Origin: Antechinus flavipes
Taxonomy: Eukaryota
Direction: 5' to 3'
Length of the DNA stretch: 64,000 nucleotides
Assembly: GCF_016432865.1 (NCBI RefSeq)
Contig: NC_067401.1
Span: 112,344,001-112,408,000, forward strand
Shown here: piece after piece, positions 1 through 12,600 of the stretch
Numbering within the stretch: position 1 is the stretch's first letter
Layout: each line of letters begins with the position of its first letter
Made by a program: the position numbers and the translations under genes
The notes under the pieces: model-generated
The model's database searches: none
Told to the model about the DNA's origin: nothing
What the model saw: the letters and a program-made list of their open reading frames with translations, nothing else

Positions 1-560
1 GTAATTATGCCAAAAAATAATCCAAAAAAAAAAGCTTTTGTTAAGTGCCTTTCCCTAGATAGATATTACATAGATAAAACTAGAAGCCTGTGGTTCTTAC
101 TTTCTAGCTATTTACTAAAAGGCAAGGCTCAGATATGCTTTTGTAGGTGAGTATTACAGAAAGGGCATAGAGCAGTATGAAAGCAATAACACCTATATGT
201 CCAAAAATATAGCAGCTCTTTTTGTGGTGACAAAGTACTAGGAACTATGGTGACATCCATCAAGAACAGCTGACCAAATATTAGTTATATGAATGCTATA
301 GAATATTATTGTATCACCATAAGAAAGAGCACAAAAGACATAGATCTGAGAAGACTTATAAGAATTGATGTTGATTGAAATGAGCAGAAACAAAAGTTTT
401 AAAATAAAAAATGTAAAGAAAAACAACTTGAAAGAATTGTCATCATTGAAATGATCAACCACATGTCCATGGTACCAATGAGTTTTCATGTTACCTTGGT
501 TTCTGAGGTTTTGGATTCAAGATGTAGAATGAGCTATACATTTTACTACATTGGCAGTAT
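1..560 (+). mobile_element. Old L1 3' region fragment
   Basis: Degenerate L1 ORF2 C-terminal/3'UTR-like sequence (gcagctctttttgtggtgacaaag, gaatattattgtatcaccataagaaa, atgttgattgaaatgagcagaa). Boundaries approximate. Confidence 0.65.
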
Positions 561-596
561 GGGAATTTGTTTTGCTTTATCATGCCAAGTTGTTTT

Positions 597-1614
597 TTTT
601 TTCAATTTGTTTAATTATAACTTTTTATTGACAGAACATATGCCTGAGTAATTTTTTACAACATCATCCCTTGCACTCACTTCTGTTCCGATTTTTTCCC
701 TCCCTCCCTCCATTCCCTCCCCTAGATGACAAGCAGTCCTTTACATGTTAAATAGGTTACAGTATATCCTAGATACAATATATGTGTGCAGAACCGAACA
801 GTTCTCTTGTTGCACAGGGAGAATTGGATTCAGAAGGTAAAAATGACCTGGGAAGAAAAACAAAAATGCAACATTTATTTCCAAGTGTTCCTTCTCTGGG
901 TGTAGCTGCTTCTGTCCATCATTGATCAATTGGAATTGAGTTAGATCTTCTCTTTGTTGAAGATATCCACTTCCATCAGAATACATCCTCATACAGTATC
1001 GTTGTTGAGGTATATAATGATCTCCTAGTTCTACTCATTTCACTCAGCATCAGTTCATGTAAGTCTCTCCAAGCCTCTCTGTATTCATCCTGCTGGTCAT
1101 TTCTTACAGAACAATAATATTTCATAACATTCATATACCACAATTTACTCAACCATTCTTCAATTGATGGGCATCCATTCATTTTCCAGTTTCTAGCCAC
1201 TACAAACAGGGCTGCCACAAACATTCTTGCACATACAGGTCCCTTTCCCTTCTTTAGTATTTCTTTGAGATATAAGCCCAGTAATAACACTGCTGGATCA
1301 AAGGGTATGCACAGTTTGATAACTTTTTGGGCATAATTCCAGATTGCTCTCCAGAATGGTTGGATTCGTTCACAATTCCACCAACAATGCATCAATGTCC
1401 CAGTTTACCTGCAGCCCCTCCAACATTCATCATTATTTTTTCCTGTCATCTTAACCAATCTGATAAGTATGTAGTGGTATCTTAGAGTTGTCTTAATTTG
1501 CATTTCTCTGATCAATAGTGATTTGAAACACTTTCATATGAGTGGAAAGAGTTTCAATTTCATCATCTGAGAATTGTCTGTTCATATCCTTTGACCATTT
1601 ATCAACTGGAGAAT
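597..1614 (-). mobile_element. 5'-truncated young L1 (3' end) with 15-bp TSD
   Basis: T-rich tail at ~597. ORF 976-1395 is the L1 ORF2 C-terminus (HCWWNC..QPFWRAIW, LLGLY, MFVAALFVVARNW, WLSKLWY). Flanks atgccaagttgtttt (582-596) and atgccaatttgtttt (1615-1629), 1 mismatch. Confidence 0.92.
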
Positions 1615-2649
1615 ATGCCAATTTGTTTTAAAGTTTTCCCCCCACTTGGGATGAGGAGGACAAAGAGACTGGGAAGGTAGGAATAGGGGAAAAGGAAAAG
1701 GAAGAGGAAGAAAAAGAAGAAATAGGTAAGGAGTCATAAATTAGCAAGATAGCTTTGAATGTTAAATGTGGAATTAATTGCATTTTTTAAAGCAAAGTCA
1801 ACATAATATAGATTTGCATTTCCATATACAATCCTTTTCTGTTCTACAATGCTTGTTGGTATTTTAAAAGTTACAGATTGGAAAAAAATCAATTACCAAT
1901 ACCAAGAACATACCAAGATTAAGAGCAATTTGGCTTAGTGAATGGGGATAGATACTTTATTGATGGTGGAAATTACAAATTTATTCATTCCAACAATCCA
2001 GGAAAAAATGTATTGTATACCTATCATGTGCAAAGGGCAGAAGGGATTACAAAAATCTACAAAACACAGTCCCTACCCTTTAGGCAATTATAATCCTATA
2101 ACTGAAAAAGCTTTTCAAAGTAATACTGTGGAAGGGATTTCAGCTCCAAGTGTTTATTAAAAAGTCAACTCCAGAGACTTTCTAGATCATGGATCCATAA
2201 GATATAGGGAAGGAATTTCCCAAACTGCTTGACAGTAGAAAAGTACCTTGAACTAGTGGAGAAGGGAAACATACATTGTAGACATTGAAAAAAGTACTTC
2301 ACAAAGTTGTGTAAAAGTAGAATGGGGTGCCTTCAGATTTTCAAATAACTGGAAGTCTTCAAATGGAGGCTAGATGTCAATGCAGAAGGTAATCTTCAGA
2401 TATAGGTTAAAATAGAGGAAGATGATAATCCAAAATGGAATTTATAAAACAGATGAGTAAAGAGAATTTTTGAGTATCAATTCTTAAAAATGGTTTGCAG
2501 GTACACATTAAAAAGACTCAGACAAGGAATATATCATCACTGATCCATTCATGTTTAAAATCTTGCCATCTTCATTGCATCTCCTTCACTTCTTACAACC
2601 AACTGATCAAGTCCTACTCATTCTAATTCCCCAGTTTCTCTCACATTGG

Positions 2650-2890
2650 AAGCAGCTAGGTAGCACAGTGTGTGTGTGACTGGATCAAGAAGACCAGAGT
2701 TCAAATGTGGTCTCAGACACTCATTAACTTTTGGGACTTTGGGAAAGTCACTGTCTCTGTTTCCTTACTTGTAAAATGGGGATAATTATAGCACTTACCT
2801 CAAAGTGTTGTCCTGAGGATCAAGTGAGATAATAATTGTGAAGCACTTTGCACAGTGCCTAGCATATAGTAAGTACTATATGTTAGTATT
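2650..2890 (+). mobile_element. MIR/MAR1-like CORE-SINE
   Basis: gcagctaggtagcacagtg..ccagagttcaaatgtggtctcagacact..ctgtttccttacttgtaaaatggggataattatagcacttacctc core. Similar fragments at ~3370-3460, 3740-3870, 8130-8310, 13550-13960, 14090-14210, 17870-18085, 24190-24365, 31960-32100 and 32500-33180. Confidence 0.8.
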
Positions 2891-3879
2891 ATTAGCCCCT
2901 TCTCTATTCTTACTGCCCACTCTTCTGGGATTTTGGTGATAATTCCTACCAAGTCTTCCCATCATCCTTCCCACTACCATCAGAATCATATTCCTTATGC
3001 ATAAATCTAGCCATATCTCGACTGCTTAGAACCCTTCAGTGGCTCACTATATTCTTCAGCATCAAAGTCACACTTCTTAGTTAGCATTCAATCCATAATG
3101 TGTCCCTAATTTTTCAACCTTATCTCTTTCTTCTTCTCCATACTTTGTGCTCCAGGTAACCTGAATGTTTATCTTCTTTAGATATCTGCCAAATCCAGAC
3201 CCAGACTGTGAATTATATCCCATCCAGATTTGTAGTCCCTGCTCTGTGTGTGTCTACCTCTCTCTGTCTCAGTCTCTCAGTCACACTATCTCTGTCACTG
3301 TGTGTGTGTGTGTGTGTCTCCTGGGAAGGATTTACATCATTCCATTCTTTTCCCAGAAGCATCTGGTTATATAGATAAAATCCTGACTCTGGAGTCAGGG
3401 AAGATATGAGTTCAAATTTGGTTTTATATACTTACTAGCTTCATGAACTAATTTCTCACCCGGCTACCCTATTATGGAATTCTCTGACACACTTCTAATA
3501 GACCAGACTCCAAGAGGTACACTATTGGGATAATTTCATCATTCTGTAAAATCTCACCAGCCTTGGTATTTTTACCTTATCACTCACTACCCTTTGCCTT
3601 TCAGACAGAGGAAGAGGTTATGAACTCCAAACCAACATTTAAGCTCAGACATATCTCTTCTCACTCAGTCATATAATACTTAGCACAGTTTCTGGCATAT
3701 AATACACTCTTGATAAGTGTTAATTAAATGAGTGGCATATCACTGTCTGCCTCAGTTTCCTTAACTGTGAAAGGAGGATTTTAATGCATCTATTTCTCAG
3801 AATTGTGAGGATTAATAAGATATTTGTAAAGCACTTAGTAGAGTGCTAGTTCCTTAATAAATGTTTATTTCCTTCCCTT

Positions 3880-4160
3880 AACATAATATTTTCACTCTTT
3901 TTGTTGTTTACTTGCATTTTGTTTTCTTTCTCATTTTTCCCCCTTTTTGATCTGATTTTTCTTGTTAGCATGATAATTGTAGAAATGTGTATAGAAAAAT
4001 TACACACGTTTAACATAAATTGGATTACTTGCCATCTAGGGGAAGGAATGGGGGAAGAAGGGCAATTTGGAACACAAGGTTTTGCAAGGGTCAATGTTGA
4101 AAAAAATTATCTATGCATATGTTTTGAAAATAAAAAGCTTTAATAATTTTTTTTTAAAAA
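3880..4160 (+). mobile_element. L1 3'UTR fragment
   Basis: Matches the 3' ends of the other L1 copies in the window (gatctgatttttcttgttagcatg..ttgccatctagggga..aataaaaagctttaat). Confidence 0.8.
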
Positions 4161-5566
4161 AGGAAAGGAGTTCAAGAGTTTGCAATTACCAGAGTTGTGA
4201 GTTAGATGCCTTGGCCATAAGTATTTCTAATATGTATGTGCTCCCTTACCATTCTGTTATGAATTTGTACTCACTCTTCCCATGAATATCATGGATATTT
4301 ATGCGAGACTTATTGGAGGAATGATCTGTAGTTTTTTTGTTTGTTTGTTTGTTTGACAACATCATCTTAGTAAATGGATTTGTTTTGAGCAAATTGTGTC
4401 TTTTAACTGACTACTTATAAAAAGCACTCTGGTAGGAATTTATGAGTTACAATATTAGAACTTGAGACCTTACATCCTTAAATTAGATTAGATTTTGGAA
4501 CCTTAGGCAAAATCTGATTTCCAGAGACCCATCCCTAAACTGCAAATTGCAGGAAGAACCCATAGGATATATTACACATTGCTATACTACTTACAGAGGT
4601 ATAGCCAAGATGGCAAAGTAGCAGGAAGAAGTTAGAACTCCTTGCCAAAATTTCTCCAAAAAAATCTAGAAAACTCATTTGATGGGGAATCCAAGAAAAA
4701 AAATTACAGCCCACATTGGCACATGGAGTCAGATAAAGAGATCTGTGGATACTGGGATAGCTTCTGACCAGGAACATAGCAAGATTGCAGAACATTCCAA
4801 AAGAAGGAAAGTCTGGGCACCAGGCCAAAGAGGTCCCACATATATAATCATATGATCTCACACAAAGACTGGTAACAAATACCAACTAGAAGCTTCATCC
4901 CTCCCTACCCAATTCTGGGTCACAGATTCACAGTAGGGTAAGGAGAGAATTTGTGTCCAGGAGGAGTGGGCAGTAGTAGTGGCAGGCACTATGCTCTGTA
5001 CTGAGTAAGGAGGAGGAGGAGAAGGAGGAGAACAACATAGAAGATGTCTTATTGCAAAAACAACTGACCTGGAAAACAGATTAAGAAAAAAAAATGTAAG
5101 AATCATTGGAATATCTGAAAGCCAACCCCCCCCCAAAAAAAAGCTTAGACATCATATATCTAGAAATATATTCTAGAAATCCTAAAGGAAAACTGTTTAG
5201 ATCTCTTAGAAATAGAGAGCAAAGTGGAAAGAATGTACCAGTCACTTCCTGAATATATCACAAGTAGCCAAAAAGAAAGAAAGGAACTACATTAGGATTG
5301 CACATGATTTAGCAGCCATTACTATAAAGGAGTGGAAAGCATGGAATGTAATATCCGAGAAGGCAAAAGATATAGACTTATAGCCAAGAATAACTCCCTA
5401 TCTCTAGCAAAACTGAGTATGATCCTACAGGGGAAAGAAAATATATCTTTAATGAAACAGAGGGCTTGATTCCAAGCATTCCTTATGAAAAGACAACAGC
5501 TCTATAGAAATTTTAAAGTGGCAGTTTCAATAAACTTTGCCATCCACATTCAGAGAAAGACTTATA

Positions 5567-5814
5567 TAAATCTGAAGCAATTGCAGGATAGCTTTTGCTG
5601 ACACAGGTATTGTCACCTGGAGTAGAGGGAAGAGGAGAGAGGTCAGACAACGCCATGGCCTCTCAGTCAGAGGGGTCAGAGAACAGCAATGGCCTCTCAT
5701 TCTCCTTGTATCATCCTCCCACAAGATGAGATCCATTCTGCAGGTCTGGTTTGGATCTCCAGCAGCCACCGTCAGGTGCCTCCTGTGTATTCCAGCAGCT
5801 CGTGTATTACAACA
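5567..5814 (-). mobile_element. LTR-like element, copy A (truncated), inverted relative to copy B
   Basis: Reverse complement of 6083-6330 with about 12 differences in ~250 nt by manual alignment. Terminus ..ttacaaca at 5814. Sits in an L1 3'-end fragment (~5535-5950). Strand is relative to copy B; true LTR sense not determined. Confidence 0.7.
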
Positions 5815-6025
5815 CACATATATATACCATAGCATACTATTTTCATCTTTTTTTCTTGTTTTCCCTTTTGTTCTGATTTTTCTTTCCCAATATGACTCAT
5901 ATGGAAATATGTAAAAAATGAATGTATATGTATAACCTAAAAATTGATATATATATATATACACACATACATACATACATATAAATTTTAAATTTTAAAT
6001 ATAGTAATAAAGAGAAACATAAAAA

Positions 6026-6432
6026 GGGGGGCACCTAGGTAGTGCAATGGGTAGAGCATCAGCCCTGAAGTCAGGAGACCTGTGTTGTAATACACGAGCT
6101 GCTGGAATATACAGGAGCCACCTGATGGTGGCTGCTGGAGATCCAAATCAGACCTGCAGAATGGATCTCATCTTGTGGGAGGATGATACAAGGAGACTGA
6201 GAGGCCATTGCTGTTCTCTGACCTCTCTGACTAAGAGGCCATGGTGTTGTCTGACCTCTCTCCTCTTCCCTCTACCTCCAGGTGACAACACCTGTGTCAG
6301 CAAAAGCTGTCCTGCAATTCCTTCAGATGTTATGATTATGACCTGTCCCTTAATATACCTGAGTTCAAATCTGGCCTCAGACACTTAACATTTCTAGCTG
6401 TGTGACCCTGGACAAGTCACTTAACCCCAATT
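6026..6432 (+). mobile_element. WSINE1/SINE1-like CORE-SINE split by LTR-like copy B
   Basis: 5' half ggggcacctaggtagtgcaatgg..tcaggagacctg (6026-6082) and 3' half acctgagttcaaatctggcctcagacact..gtcacttaaccccaatt (6357-6432) join into one SINE. Confidence 0.85.
6083..6355 (+). mobile_element. LTR-like element, copy B, with TSD
   Basis: Starts tgttgtaa and ends ccttaata (near TGTT..AACA). ACCTG duplicated at 6078-6082 and 6357-6361 (6 bp with one mismatch: gacctg/tacctg). Internal ~30-bp direct repeat gaggccat..tctgacctctc. Confidence 0.7.
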
Positions 6433-7080
6433 AAGAGAGAGAGAGAGAGACAGACAGATAGACATAGCCATGAAAAGATAAACATAAAGAAACAATCATA
6501 ATGGTCTAAACAAGGATAAATTTCTTACATTCGAATATGGATAGATGGTACAAATCTATCTTCTGAACTCTACTATTTTCAGAGATCATCGACTTTAATT
6601 AGAAAGAAAAGTTGGGAGTGAATCTGTTATGTCTTGATGACTTTAAAAGAAAAATTTAAAGAAAGAGAGATAAAGAGGAATAATACACTTGGGGATGGGA
6701 AGGAGGGAAAGGAAGATGAGGGGAAATTATCTCACATAACTGAAATACACAACATAAATCTATACAAATAAGAAGAAACAGTGGAGAAAGCATGAGCACT
6801 TGGACTTAACTCTCATCTGAACTGATCAATAGAGGAAATAATGTAAATATATAAAGTTGGATATAGAAATATATTCCATTCAACAAAAATAGAAGAAAAA
6901 AGGAGAGGAGGAATTTGAGGGAAGGTAAATTAAGGGAGGGATCATTGAGAAACAAAACAAACTTTTAAAATGTACCAAAAAATTTGTAGTTGTTTTTGAG
7001 GTGGCAAAGAATAAGATTCTGTGAGGGTGGCAATCAACTGGTCAATAAATAAGCAAGATAAATGTGATAGAATATCATTG

Positions 7081-7710
7081 TGTTGAATGAACTCATCAGC
7101 ATAACTGAAGTACTAGGAACCTCAATAGTAGTAGAAATCCTAATAATTTTTCAGAAACCCCAAGCCACGGTGCCTTGGGATTGATGTAATTTCTTTAGGA
7201 ATGTAGCTATTGGGAGTGATGTGTCACAGCCTTGGAGAATGGGTGTGAGAAAAAGGGAGTTGAGCCTGATTATCTTTATTCTACTAAGCTATCCTTCAAG
7301 GATGTCTCTTTGTCATCCAAAAGTCTGGGCTGTTATCTCACCTGGACTCAAACATTGAGTACTTCTTAATTTCATGAAAAAAAAAGGGGGGGGAGTCATC
7401 AGCCCCCATAACCAAACTTCCCACCAATCATGGAATCCCCAATCCCACAATGTTATTTATCATGCTCCGTTCTTTATTTTCTATTCTCCAATTCCACTTC
7501 TAATAATTTTTCCTATAAATTTACCTGCTTACTTACTGTTCTTTTGTTATCCTCCTCATTTGGAATTTAGACTACTTTAATTAGAGTTATAATTATAATA
7601 AAAATTTACCTCTTGACTTAGAAGTTATCTAAGCTTTAAAATTCTTTTGAGGCACTTGTGACACAGATCTAGAACCCCAATATATTTTGGAGATCCTCCA
7701 ATGTAATAAC
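7081..7710 (+). mobile_element. Possible old solo LTR
   Basis: Interrupts an L1 3' region. Ordered CCAAT (7424), TATAAA (7514-7519) and AATAAA (7597-7602), as in U3-R-U5. Termini and TSD not clear. Confidence 0.4.
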
Positions 7711-8579
7711 CAAGCAGGGTTCCAGAGGACTAATGATGAAACATTACCCACTTGCTACCAAAAAGGTAAAGATATAAAAATGTAAAATGAGACAATTTGT
7801 TTACATAGTCAATATGGAAATTTGTTTTGACTATACATGTTTGTAATGGAATTTGTTTTTCTCAAATTTCTCAATTGGGATTAAGGGGAAATTTTAAGAA
7901 GGTAGATCTTGGCTGATTAAAACAGATAAAATATTTTAAATTAAATTTAATTCCATGTAGGAAGGAATGTTATTTCATCTCAGTTTTGAATCTTTCCCAT
8001 TTCTAGAAATCAGGGCTTATTGAACTGAATTAAACTGTGGAGCAGATGTTTGGGGAGTCCCCTATTGATGTTTTTTTGGTTTGTTTAAATGGAATGACAT
8101 CTATATGTCATAGTGCTTAGAAATCTGTTCTTGGATTTGTGAAACCCAGATTTAAATCCTGATCCAGGTACTCACTTCCATAGTGTGTCACTCAACCTTT
8201 TTGAATGTTTCCTTACCTGAAAAATAGGCACCTCATCTGATTGTTATGAAGCTCAAAAGGAATGACATATGTAAATTGCTTTTCAAATCTTAAATCACCA
8301 TATAAGTTGGGCAAAAAATTAAGCATCTAATATGTGACAGGAATTGTGCTACAAAGGGATACAGAGAGGATACAAAGAAAAAGGGGAATAGTTAATAATA
8401 ACAACAAACCCGAAGAGTGTCTTTTTGCCCCTACTAATGTTCTTTGTTCTTTGTATAGAAGATGATGCTACAGCTGAGGGTCGTTAATGGGCCTCTATAC
8501 ATTGTATCTGCAGTCAATTGCAATGTCACCCCATTTTCATTGATGCCAAATAGCACACTTTTACAAAATGGCTGGTGAG

Positions 8580-9640
8580 AGCCAGGAACGCCCCCTCGTG
8601 GCCATGGAACGTAGCCAACTAAGTGCTTTGCACAAACTTGAGGAAAGAACCAATAAATTAGTGCGATCTCATTAGTCCGGAGCCTCAGCCCAATTTCATA
8701 ATCATTAAAGTAGCGCACCACGTGGCAGTTCTCAAAGCGCCTTCACACGCCCAGGAGAGAGGCAGATTGACTGAGCTCCCTGATTAGAGACAGGATAGGT
8801 GTCCCAACACTAGATGCTGAACCCCAAGGGGCCTGCCCAGACTCGGGATTCGGCCCGGAGACCCCGAGGGGCGGCGTCCTGAGTCTTGGCCACAAGAGGG
8901 CGAACTTTCCCAGCCGACGTGTCCCCTGGCTTCCCTACGGCCACGGCACCTTCCCCTCCTTCCCCCCCACGAGTCAGAAGCCCCGATCTCTACATCCATC
9001 CCGGCCCCTTCCTCATCCCCAGACCGCCTCCTATTGGTAGTTTTCTCAGCTGCCGCTCGCGGCCTGCAACTCCGCTGGCCCACATCTCCGCCCCTCCCCC
9101 GCTTGCTTTCCTCAGTTTCCCACCCTTCCACCCCAGCCCCATTCATTTCTCCTCCCCACCCGATCCAGATCCACCCCCTCCCCGCTCGGCCTCCGCCCCC
9201 TCCCCCCACCCCCCGGCTTCCGCCCCAGAGTGGGAGGAAAGAGCTGAGCTGAGGGAAGGCGGCTCGGAAGGAGGATGGGGCGGGGGAGCCTGCCTAGACT
9301 GGGCGGGAGGGGCCCTGCTGGGGTGGGCGGGCAGGAGGTGGGGCTGGGAAGGGTGCCGCCTCTCCTCTTTCCCGGAGCCAGAGGAAAGAGGGAGGAAAAC
9401 TTCTTCCTGCCCCGGGCCCCTGGGTTTCTTCTTCTGTCTGCCCATTGCACCCGGGCCGTGTCTGGGTGCCAGGCTCCCTTCCCCCACCCCCACCCCAGTG
9501 CCCGCCATGGCTAAAGCCTACGACCACCTCTTCAAATTGCTGCTGATTGGGGATTCGGGGGTGGGCAAGACTTGTCTGATCATTCGATTTGCCGAGGACA
9601 ACTTCAACAGCACTTACATCTCCACCATTGGTGAGCCCAC
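8580..9640 (+). promoter_or_regulatory. RAB13 CpG-rich promoter and exon 1
   Basis: GC/CpG-rich, GC boxes (ctccgcccctccccc, gggcgggg), E-box CCACGTGG at ~8718, leading into gccATGG at 9507. Confidence 0.75.
8589..8604 (-). promoter_or_regulatory. CTCF-like motif upstream of RAB13
   Basis: Minus strand reads TGGCCACGAGGGGGCG, a close match to the CTCF core. YY1-like AAAATGGCTG lies ~25 bp upstream. Confidence 0.6.
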
Positions 9641-12600
9641 TGGCCCAGACAACAGGTTCCACATGACCCCCCGAACCCCCTCTTCCTGGCCCTCAACTTT
9701 TCAGTCCCCCAGATCACTAATTAACACCCCTCCCCATTATCCCAACTTTTCAGAGTCCCTCAGATCACTAGTTAACACCCCTCCCCATTATCCCAACTTT
9801 TCGGAGTCCCCCCAGATCACTAGTTAACACCTCCCCTTTTTTCCAACTTTTCAATCCCTCAGATCACTAGTTAATACCCCTCCCCACTATCCCAACTATT
9901 CAGCCTCTCAGGAAGGAAGTCTTTCAACTCCTTTCTCCTGTCTTTGTACCCCATCACTCCACCCCATTCTCCCCAGGCATTATCGGCATTTCTAAGCTCC
10001 ATCTTCCCCGAGGTTCCTAAACATCTCTTCAAATTCCTCCTAATCCCTATTTTCTTATGCCCAGTTCGTTCTTATCCTCAGTTTCTCATTCTCTCAGCCT
10101 CCCATCCCCCACTCTTCTTCCCCTTCTTTCTCCCCCACCCCAGCTTTCCTCCTATTACACCATTTTAATTCAGTTCAAATCTTCCAAGCTTCCAATCCCA
10201 AACTCCCGACTCCAAGCCCCTAATTCTCCTGAGAGGCATTCTCCATATGCCATCTTGCCAGAAATACCCCAGAGCTTTTATTCCTTATCCTCTATCCCAA
10301 ACTCTATGTCTCATGGTGTCCTTGCACCCCAGTCCAATAGGAGGGGCCCTGGGGAGGGTTCTCTAGGGGAGGAGGTCATCCTAGAGGTTAGGAAACTTGA
10401 TTTGTCATTCTGAATCCTCAAGGAGTCTTGTGGGGAGGCTGAAAGTGGGGGAAGGGCTACTGGGGTCTCTGACTCAACCTGGTGACTCATTCTGGCCCCT
10501 AGCATACAGAGGTATGCACCCAAGTTTCCACTGAGGGCATGAGAATAATAGTTTGTCCTTTCTAAGACAAACACACAAACCAGGGATAGAGATAATTGTA
10601 TTAAGGAGAAGAAAGAAGGGAAAGGAAAGAATACTCCATGATAACTCCCCTTGTTCAGTAATATAAGGAATCCTGGAACCCAGATTCTCTGCTCCCCTTC
10701 TGGCCTACAGATAAGGGAAAGGATTCTCCCAACCTTCCAGCCCACCACCTTGACTCTAACTTACCTATTCCATCTCTAGGAATTGACTTCAAGATCAGAA
10801 CTGTGGAGATTGAAGGAAAGAAAATAAAACTTCAAGTCTGGTGAGTAAATTCCAGAAATCCTGGCTTTCTTTTCCAAGTACCCATCAAAAAATCTCATTT
10901 GTCTCTCTCTTAATCATTCCCTCCATTTGTCTCTCATTTCTCCTCTCTGTCCTCATTCTTCCCCTGTCTCTTTCCTTCTGTCTCCCACATCTCCATCTCT
11001 CAGGCAATCAAGTGTTTACTGATCATCAATATTGTGAAGAACAGAGAAAATATGAGGTAGACCCCTGCTTTCAAGGTGTTCACAATCCAGTTGAGGAGAC
11101 AAGACTCAACCCATAGGAAACTATTAGTATGCAAGAGAAGATAGTATATGTTTAGGGAACACACATTAATAAGTAAGTATTTATTAGTGGTTCTATGTCA
11201 GCTTGAAAGGTCTTTAGTAAAATGTCCCAGGTATTTATGCTGGGCTTTTTGTTATTTCATATTTTTATCACTGCTTCATATACAGACATAGATATCATCC
11301 TTATCAAATTTCCAGGGGACACAAATCAAAAAAGAATTGCTAATAAGGTAGATTTGAATCATAATTCAAACGAGGTCTTGACAAGCTTTGACCTTGAGAT
11401 GTGACTAATAAGGTAAAACATTTTTAAATGAATAAATGTATATGTAAATGACATAATGCTATTATGCTGTTTTAGAAAAACTTGAGAAAACTTGTATAAA
11501 CTGATGTAAAATAAAGTGAACAAAACCAGCAGAATAATTTAATCCTTGTTAAACAATTAACAATTAAAGTGAAGAATTATTCACTAAAAACAATATTATA
11601 GAGACAACAACTTTTAAAGTCTTACAAACTCTGATCCACACAATGGAATCATAATTCCAGGGGACTTATGATGAAACATGCTATTTATCTACAGTGCATA
11701 TTAAAACATCTATATGTATATATATATATGTATATACACTTATATACACATATACACATTATTTTTGGGACATGGATAATATGGGAATTAGTTTTGTATG
11801 ACTGTAACAGGTTTTGTTTTTCTTGCTCTCTCAATGAGTGGGGGAGGAAAAGTAAGAAAAAGAATTCAGAAATGAAAATAAAATAAAATTGAATTTTGAA
11901 AATAAGGACAAATATAAAGTTTTATATTTGGCTTTGTGAAATTAAGTTCACAAGTACAAGATAGAAGAAGCATGATTAAACAACAATTTGTCTGAAAAAG
12001 CTCTGGGAGTATTTGAGGACCACTAGTTCAACATAGAATGACAGTTAAGAAAACTAATGAGACTGATACTGCATTGAGAGGCAAATTATCCACAAATAAA
12101 GCTCTGATAATTCCATTATACTCTTTCCTAGTCAGACCACAACTGCAGTTTTGTATTTAATTTCGGGTAGATACTGCAAAAGCATTGGAAGTGGGACCCA
12201 GTATTGAACAAGAGGAAGGGAGTGGGCTAGATTTATTTTAGGAAACTAAATTTTGATAACCCCAAACTTCCTGAAACAAAGGCCCATCTTTTAATGATAA
12301 TATTTTTCCTACATGCCTCTGAGACATGCTAACATTACAGTCCTTGAAGAACTAAAAATATGTACCACCTAGAAATCAGTAAAAAAGAACATAGTGAGAA
12401 GCAGCTAGGTAATACAATGGATAAAGCACCAGTATCAGGCACTTATTAGCTATGGGATCCTGGGCAAGTCACTTAACTCTGACTGCCTCAAAAGAATCCC
12501 AAACAAACAAAAATGAAAAGAACAATGGGCATTAGGCTACAATACATTACAAACAGAGAATTACGAAGGAGCAGCTGAAAAGTATATAAACAAATTATGA

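Larger units (their letters stand above)
4560..7075 (+). mobile_element. Old L1/HAL1-like element (5'UTR plus ORF1 remnant), interrupted by younger insertions
   Basis: L1 5'-like start gccaagatggcaaagtag (~4604). ORF1-like remnant 5040-5520 (ttaggattgcacatgatttagcagcc..gcaaaactgagtatgatcctacagggg) resuming after ~6000. Heavily mutated. Confidence 0.6.

Noticed and set aside
5527-6388. Two similar Cys-rich ORFs on opposite strands (CCNTRAAG..DLILWEDDTRR..)
   Set aside because: They are translations of the two LTR-like copies, lack credible starts and splice context, and resemble no protein I recognise.
8434-8721. 95-aa minus-strand ORF diverging from the RAB13 promoter, with a FERM-like looking LFGINENGV
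   Set aside because: Single short motif, non-ATG start, no splice sites or further exons; likely chance.
8784-9506. Long overlapping Pro/Gly/Arg-rich ORFs, including a 313-aa ORF in frame with RAB13 exon 1
   Set aside because: Typical stop-poor CpG-island sequence. The true start gccATGG at 9507 matches the orthologues. The same applies to ORFs at 24.9-26.2, 41.0-41.9, 45.0-46.2 and 56.0-57.2 kb.
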